DNA of 20,000 nucleotides. Source: Emiliania huxleyi CCMP1516 (lineage: Eukaryota). The stretch spans positions 357,162-377,161 of the forward strand of contig NW_005201984.1 in the NCBI RefSeq assembly GCF_000372725.1. Reading direction: 5' to 3'. Under the pieces are notes generated by a model. The model did no database searches, was not told the origin of the DNA, and saw nothing but the letters and a program-made list of their open reading frames with translations. Both the position numbers and the translations under genes were made by a program. Positions 1 to 10,106 of this stretch are shown here, one piece after another; the first letter of the stretch is position 1; every line of letters begins with the position of its first letter.

Positions 1-96
1 GGGTGGGCTTTTCGCGCCGGGACGAGGCGGCGGTGCCGCCGCGGCGGCGGGCGCCGAGCCTCCCCCCGGGGTGGGGTCGCACTCGGTACTGGTGTA

Positions 97-3000
97 CTAC
101 TTAGAGCTCTCCTTCTTCTTTGAGAAGCTGAGCTTCCTGATCATCGAGCCGGCGACGCTCTTCTTCCCCGACGAAGAGCTCGGCGCCGCCTCGGTGCTGC
201 CGTTCGCGCTGGGGGCGGCGCCGCTGGGCGCGCCGCCCACGCTGTTTTTGCGGTTGAACGACAGGATGCGCGTCAGGCTCGAGCCCTTCTTAGTCAGGTC
301 GGGCTTGCCGCTCGGCGCCTGGCGCCGGCCGTCGGCGCGCGCCTGCTGCTGCTGCTGCTGCTGCTTGATCTCGTCCTCCGGGTCGAGGTCGGAGCTCTTG
401 CCCGCGGCGCGCGCCTGCTTGGCCTTGAGCGAGTCGCGCAGCCGGTTGCGCTCGCGCTGGGCGGCGGCGAGCTGCTCCTGCAGCGCCGCCTTGAGCTCGC
501 CGAGCGCCGCGCTCGACAGGCCGGGCAGCTCCTCGTACATGCGCATCTCCGCCACCTGCGCCTGCACCTTCTGCCGCGCGGCAATCGCGTCGTCGATCTG
601 CTGCTGCTTGGCGAGCGCCTCCTGCTCGCTCTGCTGCCGCCGCTGCCGCAGGATGCGCACGTCGCGCGCGCCCTCGAGTGTCTCCTCGTCGAGGGCCATC
701 TTCTTGCGCTTCTCGCTCTCCACCTGCTGCCGCGACATCTCGACCTGCGCCTCGAGGCCCTGCGTCGCCACCTCGGCCTCCTCCTCGGGGATGATGACGC
801 AAGAGCAATACTCGCAGATGAAGTCCGAGACGGGCATGAAGGGCGTCACGTCGATCAGCGACTGGCGCATCGTGCCCGAGTGCATGCACACGGCGTTGCA
901 GTCGTCGAACTGGCCGGAGCCCGCCTGGGGAGAGCGCGCCGCGGTGACGGGGCGAGAGGGGGCGCGAGAGGGGCCGCGCGCGCCTCGAACCAAAAGTCAT
1001 CTCGGCTGGATCTCGGCTGGATCTCGGCTGGACCATCTCGGCTGGGCCATCTCGGCTGGATCTCGGAAGGCGCGCGCCTCGAAGAACATCTCCTGCGACT
1101 TGTGCAGCAGCTCAATCATGTGCTGGGTCTTGAGCAACGAGAGCTTCTTCTCGTGGAAGAGCTGCTGCGCCATCTTGAGCTTGGCCTGCTGCCGCGAGCG
1201 CGTCACGTTGGAGACGCCGAGCAGCATCGTCACCGCGAAGCGCTGCATCGTCTCGAGGTCCTCGGCCTGCAGCTGGAGGCCGCCCATCGCCGAGACCTGC
1301 GCGGCGAGGCTGAAGGAGGCGTCCTTCCGGATGTCGACCTTCTTCATGTCGGCGAGGGTCGACTGCTTGAGGCAGACGACCTGCGCGAGGAGGAGCGGGA
1401 GGGGGGGGTTGAGCGGGGGGGGGGGGGGGGGCAAAAGGATGGCCCAGGGAGGGGGGCTCTTGCAGGTGTGTGATGGTCGATGGTGGTGGTGGTGGGTGGG
1501 GCAGGGGCGCGGGGCGGGGCCGCGCCTGCGACGGCCAGAGGCGGAGGCCGAGCGGCAGATCCGGCGCCGTCTGCAGCATGAAGACGAGCAGCACATCGCC
1601 CACGACCACGGCGTACCGGTCGGTCCAGCTGGCGTCCGCCGTCTTGCGCACCTTCATCCGCGCCGCGGTGACGATGGAGCCCTTGGCCGTCTTGGAGAGC
1701 ACCAGCTTCATGTCGCTGCGCCGGCGTGCGGAGCCGAGCGCCGAGCCGAGGGTCGACGCCTTGAGGCGCGACATCTTGGACATGTGCCGCCCGCCTCCGC
1801 CCCCGCTGCCGCCGTGCGGGGCGTCCTCGTCGCCAAAGTCGTAGCCCCCGCTGCTCGTGCGGTTGGCCGACTTGTAGTCGAGGGCCGCCGTCGCCGCGAG
1901 CAGGTCCTTTGGGTTCTGGATCTTGGAGGCGTTGTAGCGCCCGTCCGCGAGCATCGAGTTTTGGAGCTCCTCCTCCTCGTCCGAGTCCATCGCCATGTCC
2001 GACCCGTCCGAGTCCTCGTCCTCCGCCGGGTTGACGCCGTGCTTCCGGTCGTGCTCGTCGAGGTACTCGGTCCGCCCCTCGGCGTACGCCTTCTTGATTT
2101 CCGCGATGGCCGCCTCGGGGTCCTCGCCGCGCGCCTCCGCGTCGCGCGCCGCCTGGAACTCGCGCCGCTCCTGCCGCCGCTGCTCGGCCGAGCGGCGCGG
2201 CGCGCCGACGCCGCCCGAGTAGGTGTGCTTGAGGCCGGACTGCGCGGCCGAGTGCGCGCCCAGCATCATGCGGTTGCTCTGGATCGTGTGGCTCTTGGTC
2301 ATGAAGGCGCCGTTGGCCATGTCCTCGGCGGTGAGGGGGCCGCGCCCCTCGGCGAGCGCCCTGGCCTGCAGCTCCTCGCGGTGCTTGCGGATCTGCTCGT
2401 TGCGCTCCGCCATCGCCCGCTTCTTCTTGTCCGCCTTCCTCGCGTCGCGGACAACCTTGAGCTCGCGGCGCGACTTGATGCCGCGCCCGCTCGACTGGAT
2501 GACGCAGACCGCCCGCTTCCGCTTGCGGTACTCGGCGCGCGCGAGGGAGCCGCGCCCCGACTTTTGCATCATCGTGACGGCGTTGCCGAAGCGGATGTCC
2601 TTGGCGCGGCGCACGATCGAGCGGCCCACGGCGGAGGCGACCAGCGCCGACTGGCGCAGCTTCTTGAGCGCGCGCTGGCGGCGCATCTTAGTCATGAGGT
2701 AGATGAGCGAGCGGACCGCCGCGATGGCGCGGCGGAAGCGGTAGAGGGCGAGCACGCGCGCCATTTTTTTGAAGAACTTTGGCTCGAGCTTCTTCGTGCC
2801 GTCCATGAGCGCGTCGACGAAGGCGAGCTTGGTCGACTTGAAGAAGGCCTTGGTCAGGCCGACGAGGAAGTCGGTCCGGCCGAGGTCGAGCGCGGTGAGC
2901 AGGCACGTCGCGAAGGTGGGCGCGGACAGTGCCTTGAACTTGTCCGGGCAGAGCGGCTTGAACGACTCCTCGAGCGTCGTGAAGGGGATGCGCACCGAGT

Positions 3001-5558
3001 AGCCGGAGGAGAGGAGGCGGACGGCGTCCACCATGCCCGAGTTGCGCAGCTGGTCGAGCACGAGCCACTTGTTGAACTTGTTGGGCGCCTGCTCGTGGTT
3101 GGGCTTGATGCAGCGCACAAAGTGCGAGCTGGTCGCGCGCAGCGTGCGCATCAGATCGTCGAGCTGCTTCTGGTACTTGTCGGCGACGAAGCCGGCCCGC
3201 TTCCCGCCGCCCTTGGAGCCGCCGGTGAAGGCGTTGATCGAGCCGACCGAGAAGAGGTCCTTGAGGATGGGCGCGGAGGAGGAGGACATGCACAGCGAGA
3301 GGTCCTCGTGCAGCGAGTCGGTGTTCTTCTTGAGCCAGCCCGCCGTCTGGTACATGACCGAGCCCGCAAAGTGCGCGATGACAAACGCCTCCTTCCCGGT
3401 CAGCTTCGTGCCGGCGCCGGTGCCGCGGCCGCCCTTGGAACCCATCTTTGGCGGCGAGATGTGCTTCGACTTGCGGTGCTCGTTGAGCAGGCCCTCCGTC
3501 ATGGACGCGTCGCTCGACTTTGGCAGCCGCGAGTGCTCCGTCAGCAGGTTGAAGATGGAGCCGCCCTTGCCACTGATGGCCTCGAGGCAGGCCGTGTTGT
3601 CCTCCCACTCGACGCCGGGCCAGACGATGCCCTCCGACTTGTAGATCTCCTGCTCCGTCTTGAAGAGCGCGATGGCGAAGTGCTGGTGCAGCTGCTCGTT
3701 GGTGAAGTTGATGAGCAGCTGCTCGAGCGAGTTGCGCTCGAAGTTCTCGAAGCCGTAGATGTCGAGGATGCCGAGGAAGCCCGTGTCGTCGAGCTTGGTA
3801 TCCTTGTCGATCAGCGCCGTGTTGATCTGCGTCACGATCCAGCTGAACAGCTTGCCGTACACGGCCTTCGCGAGCGCGTCCCTCGCGCTCTCCGCCTCCT
3901 CCTGCTTGAGCGGCACCTGTGGGACGTGTCGTTGGACATGTGATGGACGTGCCACCGGCGTGCCCGCCTGCTGCGCCGGAGCGGCGCCTGCATCTCGCCC
4001 CCCTTGAGCTTGAGCGTGCGCGAGGTGAGGCCCTGCTGCAGCAGCGCGTCGTGGCACTGCAGCAGCTTGCACGCCGTCCCGAGCGCCTTTGTGTTTTGGA
4101 TGCACGCGTCGCCGTTGACCGTCTCGCCGTACGTGATGTTGCCGAGCGCGAGCAGGCCCGAGAGCGTCTCCCACAGCGACGCGATCAGCTTCTCCGAGAC
4201 GCCGATCTTTTGCAGCACGGAGAGCGAGTCCTTGAACTCGGCGGCGTCCCCGCCCCCGCCCACCCGGCCGCCCGGCCGCGCGGTCGCCTTGCCCGTCGCG
4301 TTGCGCAGGTACGCGTACTTGTTCGCGTCGCTCTCGAGCTGGCAGGACGCCTTCTCGCTCGACGAGAGGCCGGCCACGATCTGGCGGCGGCGGCGGGCGG
4401 GCAGAGCGTAGGCAGGGAGGCGCCGGGAGGGGGGAGGGCTTCGGACGTCGACAGCGGGAGGAGACTGGGCGGCGCGTGGCGCGGTAATGCGACCCCTCTG
4501 GCGCGCGGGGTGCAGCGGGCCAGCGGGAGCGTCTCGCCTGGTAAAAGATGTGGTAGTTGCAGTTCCTCTCGGCGTGCACGACGACGCGGGTCGCCTCGAG
4601 GAGGTAGGTCTGGATCGAGGCGCCGAGGATGGCGCCCTTCTTCGAGACGTGGATCTGCGTGAACTTGCCGAAGCGCGACGAGTTGCGGTTGAGGTTGGTC
4701 TCGGCGTTCCCAAACGCCTCGAGCAGCGGGTTGGTCATCACGAGGAGCGCGCCGAGCTCCATCGACGACTTGGACATGCCCGCCTCGGAGAGGTGCTTGG
4801 TCACGTACGCGAGGTGCTTCAGCACCAGCTTGCACGTCTCCGTCTTGCCCGCGCCGGAGGGGCCAGAGACGATGATGGCCTGCGCGCGAGGGGCAGAGCG
4901 ATCGCGGCACCGCAGGAGCAATGGGCCGCCGCGGTGTCGCGCCCGGGGGCTGCGGGGGCTGGGACGGCGAGAGCGCGCCTGGCTGTCTCCCGAGCTCAGC
5001 AGCAGTCGGTACATGCGGTCGGCGATGGCGTAGATGTGCGGCGGCTCCGATCCGATCGGCTTGCCCAGGTAGCGCTTGATCTGCGGCAGAGCGCGCCAGG
5101 GCGGGGGAGAGATGCTCAGGCCGGCGCGGGAGGGCGGGGCGGCGGAGCGTGCTGCGGCAGCCTCGCCGCGGTCTGACCGGCAGGGCGCGCGCGGCGTCTA
5201 GTGCGCGCGCCTGCGCTTCCTCGTAAATCTTTAGCTGCCGGAATGGGTTGACGGCGATCAGAATGTGGCCGGTCGTGGAGTAGATGCCGCCTTCGCTCTT
5301 GGCGTAGCGCACGCCAACATTATGCAGGATCGTCGCCTCGTTCAGCTCGCGCAGGAACGTGTTGTCCTCCACTCCATCCTGCTTGTCTTTGTTTGCTCTG
5401 AGAACGTTGGCGCGCTCTGTCGTGAGCGTCTTCCCAGACGCCAGCTTGAGCGTCACGCTGCGATCGTCCTCACCCAGCTCCACGATCTTGCCCGCCTCGT
5501 AGGTGACATCGTCGTTGATGTAGCACCAGGCGGCGTCGCCCTTCTGCCACTCGGCCAT
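97..5558 (-). CDS. Unconventional myosin heavy chain, ~1568 aa. Exons 5558-5211, 5080-4979, 4879-4538, 4380-3988, 3916-1526, 1380-1078, 924-97
   Basis: Motor motifs in order across ORF pieces: LRELNEATILHNVGVRY, ILIAVNPF, PPHIYAIAD, GPSGAGKT, LLEAFGNA, NSSRFGKF, YLLE, DIYGFE, LEQLLINFTNEQL, HFVRCIKPN. Six GC..AG introns join the pieces in frame (every exon length is divisible by 3). N-terminal SH3-like segment; IQ-like motifs MQKSGRGSLAR and IQSSGRGIKSR; coiled coil and tail; TAG stop at 99-97. Confidence 0.93.
990..1069. repeat. Intronic 11-bp minisatellite (ATCTCGGCTGG)n, ~6 copies
   Basis: Repeated ATCTCGGCTGG units read directly inside myosin intron 925-1077. Confidence 0.9.
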
Positions 5559-6826
5559 GAGGCGCTTTTTCCGCGCGGGCGCCGGCTTTTTCCTCGCGTG
5601 CAGCGGCGGCGTCGAGGAAAGAAAGTAATACGCGGGGCGCCGTCGCCTGTATGTTCTTGGCAAAGGAAGACACAGAGCTCACACAAAATCACAGTGGGTG
5701 GCATGGCCATATGTTTTCTTTCTTTCTTTTAGAAAAGTCATGGTAGAGCGACGTCTTGATCCATGCAGGGCCATATGACTGCAGAGAAGAATGCAACGCC
5801 CGCTCCACAGGAAGGACGGACCGCCCGCCCGACACGTCGAAAACCCGCCGCGATTCGCGCGAAACGTGTGGTACGGCGCCGTACGCACACATGGAGAGAG
5901 AGTTGGATGCGTGGACAATTCGCCGCGCTCGAGAGACTCGATGCGTGCGCCGAGTGGCTGGCGCGCGGGGCATTTCCGCTGTCGCCGCTAGTTGAAAACT
6001 GAAGCTCCACTGGTCGCTCCATCGCCGCCTGTTGCCCATTCGGATGCTTCACTCAGGACGCGCTAGCAGCAGCGCAATGCTGTGTGCTCAGAGCTATGCC
6101 GGCGCCTCCTAGCCTACTTCCTGTGGGACCGGAGGGAGCGCGCGTCCGTACCGAGTCGGGAGAGCACAGAGGAAAGGCACGGTCCTCACACGGCAGATAT
6201 CCCCGCCGCGCCCTGCGCAACGCGAACCGGAGAGCGGAGAGGTCCTGGGCGTCTCGATCTCAGCGACGTCCGAGAGTGCCGTGTGAGTGTCTGTCGTCTG
6301 TTGTGTGTCTGAGAGACCTTGTCGGCTGTCCCTCGGGCCTCGCTCTCCCTGTCGGACACGGCTGTCGCACCATGTTCAAACTCCGCACTTTAATTCGAAC
6401 TTTCTCGCCTCGGCTCGTGGGGCTCGGGAGTAGTCAAGCAGGTGTGCGGGGTGGGCGGGAGGGGGCCTGGGAGCATTTTTTTGCATTTCCGAGGCGAGCG
6501 TGGGCCGTGGTGGGCCCCTCCGGGCCTCTCTCAGCAGCACGGAAAGTAGCGCGCGACAGAGCGCTGTTCTCGGCCCCCTGAGCGTATTGGGACGAGCCAG
6601 ACTAGCATGCACATCGCCTTGGCACGTAGGACGCACGACTTACCCACGCACACCCCGGTGACAATCTTGGAAATCTCCCGACAATCTCCCCAAATCTCCT
6701 CCCGCTCTCGCGAGTAGCGCGGCGCAGCGGGGCGCGTTGATGTCGATGAATGCAGTGTGGACTCCTTTTCGACACTCTCTAGCACCGGTGAACACACAGG
6801 CGTTGCTTCCGAGGTGGTAAAAATCT

Positions 6827-9013
6827 GTGAATGCCCGCCGAAGTTGTCGCGGTTTTCCGACTTGTCTCGTGCTCGAGCCATGCCGAAAAGAGCGGGCGCA
6901 GGCCTGGGACAGCGTCGCAAAAGCGGCCAAGGAGTCCGTCCCGGCTCCAGGCCAGGACCAGATCGCCGCTCGGTACCGCCAGTTTGCGACTCTGTGCCTG
7001 CGCAGTCGTCGCTATCTCACGCTTCCGATCTCGTCACAACAGGCGCCCTCGCCGAGTGCAACGTCCTCGCGGCCGCAAAGCCGTGCTGGCTCGCGCAGAG
7101 TCGGCGTCGCAAAGAACCTGAGAGCGCCGCGGCATGCTTCGGTTGGCGACGTCCTCGGCGAGGCCATGGAGCTGCATAGCACGAGCGACGAGGGCCGCCG
7201 CGACGGGATCTACAACCAGAGAGAGCACGGACGCCGAGGATCGCTCTCCCGTGCAGCGCCGCAGCGGCTCGTCGGCGGCTCGTCGGCTGCGGCCTCGAAC
7301 GGAGATCGCATGGAGGTTGACGAGGAACCTCCCTCTCTGAGCAGTGCTCCAGCGGAGCCTGCGCAGCAGCAGCAGCAGCAGCAAGCAAGCGTGCTCACGC
7401 TGGTGGCAGACATCGGACGCCTCGAGCTGGAGGAGGTTGGCCACCGTGCCGCCGCTCGCGAAGCGATTACAGCGACAACCGGGACGCAAACATCAGGCGT
7501 GCCGACGCCTCGCGAGCTGCGTGCCCAAGCCCGGCTCGACTTGCAAGTCGTAGGGCTGCGCGAGGAGGAGCGGCGGCGGCAGCGGCTGCACGCGGCGGCA
7601 ACGACGAGGCTCGTTCGAGAACTGGCGCTGAAGCTCTCGAACCCGCTGCGACACTTTGGCGGGGGTGCATTCATTCAGTTGATGATGTGCGAATTCGTCA
7701 TGCGGCCAGAGGTACAGGGCCGCTCCGGCCGCTCCCTCGGCGTAGCGTTTCGCTCGCAGCTGCTGCTGGTGTACGAGCCCAGCGACGTGCCGACGCTCCC
7801 GGGCCTCTACAGCCTCGACGTCTTGCAGGCGTCGCTCAACACTCCGCTGTTGCAGCGGGCCGCCCTGCAGGCGATCGACGACGTGAAGCTCTTCTCGCTC
7901 CACCTGCCCGGCGTGCTCGGCAAGGTGGAGCCGACAGAGGCCGACTCGCTCCTCGGCCTGTGGCAGCGCGCGGCGGAGGTGCGGGCAGCGGAGGCGCGCC
8001 GGCCGCAGCGCGGCCGGCCACGCCATCGCATCGAGTTCGCGCTGCGTCAAAACATGACGGGTAATCGTTACTCGGCCGCCCTGCGCAAGGCCGTGTACTT
8101 GTACCGCCACAAAAGCGGTACGGAGCGCTCAATCTCGATGCGCGGCGCTGCGTCGCTCGCTCGGGATGGCGCCACGCTCCTGTTCGACATCTCGGACGAC
8201 GATATCGCACGCGTGCATAACATCATTGTGCATAACATGCAGGACCTCTCACCGTGGGCCGACAGCCAGGACGTGCAGGCGAGGGCGCCGATCTCGGGGA
8301 TGACGATTCGCGCCGGATCGCTCTTCAACCGCTTCAAATCGGGAGCCCCCACCGGGTGGGTGGCGAAGCTGTTCGCGGGCGAGGCACCGACGGAGCGCAA
8401 GCTGGTCATGCAGCGCTTTACCGACGGCAGCGAGTTTGGCGGGCACTGGCACCAGCTCCTCTTCTTCGTCGACCAGAGACGGGTGCTCTACCACGAGCCC
8501 TATGGCGGCGCAATCGACTCGGGCATCGCGTCTTGCTTCCACCGGAGCCCCGGGCCTGCCGCCGGCTGGGCGCTGGAGGTGGTGGATGTGCAGCTGCAGT
8601 CTTGCACTCACGAGTGCGCGCTCTGGGTGGACTTTGTCGCGGAGGTGGCTGTCGACTACGTGAGGAGCGACCTGACTCGCTCCTTCAGCGAGTACCTTCG
8701 CGGGTGCGCTCTCCCTGTGTGTGTGTGTGCATGCCTGCGATAAGGCTGACCGGTGTCGCGCCGCCCCCGCAGGCGTGAGGAGATCACCCCGCTCAACGGC
8801 ATGCGGCGGACTTGCACGGCGATGAAGACGGCGAAGGCAAAAAACAACGCCTTCGTCGCACAGCGCCGAAACGACGTGCGCACGCTGTTACGTCTAGCCT
8901 ATGTCCAGCGCCAACTGCCGCACACAGGCTCCGCAACGCTGACCGCCTTTGGCGCAGCGGCGGAGCAGGAGCCTGCCGAGGACACAGACTCGGACTTTGA
9001 GATGTTGACCTAG
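6827..9013 (+). CDS. Orphan protein with C-terminal CE-clan (adenain/Ulp1-like) cysteine protease domain. Start uncertain (ATGs at 7166 or 7309 also plausible); intron 8704-8772
   Basis: 638-codon ORF containing GGHW (H at 8444), YHEPYG (E at 8495) and QLQSCTHECALW (Q 8597, C 8615). A GT..CAG intron at 8704-8772 with a GCTGAC branch-like site removes the stop and joins in frame to REEITPLNGMRR...EMLT* ending at 9013. Confidence 0.65.
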
Positions 9014-10106
9014 ACCGACGTGTGATTCAGATAGTTGTCTTCAGATGTGTGTGTGATTCAGATGTGTGTGCGTGTGATTTTCGGCACGGGTATAGATTAG
9101 AAGGAACGTATCGTCACACACACCCTCTTTGAGAGAGGGACACAGCGTGGTGCCACAGTAGCGGGCGCTTCTACAGAGGCAACCGGTCCGAGGGCGAGCG
9201 TTTCGCTCGCCCTGATGCGCATGAGCGACGTGGAAGCTCTCGACCGGCGCAGATGCCACGGGCGACACCAATCCCAGCCTCAAAAGGCGAGGAGGGCTGG
9301 TGGAGTGCCCAGACGGCAGTGGCTTCCGAAGAACTTTTTGCGGGTGACGCAAAGGATCCGAGGAGAGAGCACCTCGGCTGCCGGCGAGGCATCCGCCCCG
9401 CGCCCACACATCTGATGGAAAGTGCGATGAAGCGGTGGCGGCAGGCTAGCCACCGGTGGGGCACACGGAGCGATATGGCGTTCGGCTGCGATTTGAGTGC
9501 AACCGGGTGACGCATCTCCTCCACAGAGACGCGGGGACGGCGTGCCTGCGAGGCGCCCGATATGCGCCAACGGACCCAATGGAAAGTGCGAAGCGAGCAC
9601 TCGACGGCTCGCAGCCTGTGGACGGAGCACGAGAGCTCGAACCTCGCACTCGCGTGCAAAATCGGCACCTCGGAGCGCCATTTTCACACCGCATTCGAGC
9701 CCATGAAAACAACAATGTACCCCAAGCAGCACGATCACGCCTCGCACCGGTGCGGTGGTGCCGGGCGGCTCTAGGGGGTCAGGCTGGCTGCATGGCACCA
9801 CCCGTAGCCCGTTTTGCTGCCCTGGCATCACCCGGAGGGGGGATTGAACATAGTACGGGTGTCGGACCACACGAAACGGACCTCAGAGACGAGAGAGCGC
9901 GCGGCGCGGCCGCCGCTCGGCGGTGTGTTCAAACGATAAATAAAGCATGCATGCTCGCGCGCACGACACGTTCGTGCGCTAAGAGCACATACACCACAGC
10001 CAGTTAAATGCTCATCACAAACACACACACGACCGGGGCGGTCGCCGCAGAGATCGACCGGGAAAGGGATATATCGAGACGAAGGCGGGCCGGTCCGTCC
10101 CTCGCG

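Noticed and set aside
990..1069. Short repeat array as CRISPR
   Set aside because: 11-bp tandem units without unique spacers, inside a eukaryotic intron, with no cas genes.
71..3943. 1290-aa plus-strand ORF
   Set aside because: Antisense shadow of the myosin gene; high GC3 coding DNA suppresses stops on the opposite strand, and no recognisable motifs are present.
5559..5663. Upstream in-frame extension of myosin exon 1 shown in the ORF track
   Set aside because: Begins at a non-ATG codon with UTR-like composition; ATG 5558 directly precedes the SH3-like domain.
9211..9430. CTGATG motifs at ~9212 and ~9412 as possible hammerhead ribozyme cores
   Set aside because: Neither gives CUGANGA followed by stem II and GAAA with supporting stems.
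9743..9774. Palindrome followed by CTAG as a Helitron 3' end
   Set aside because: Spacing is 16 nt, CTAG is followed by G rather than T, and no 5' TC end or Rep/helicase is seen.
9041..10028. Several short overlapping ORFs on both strands
   Set aside because: No motifs or coding-like codon bias; expected by chance at this GC content.
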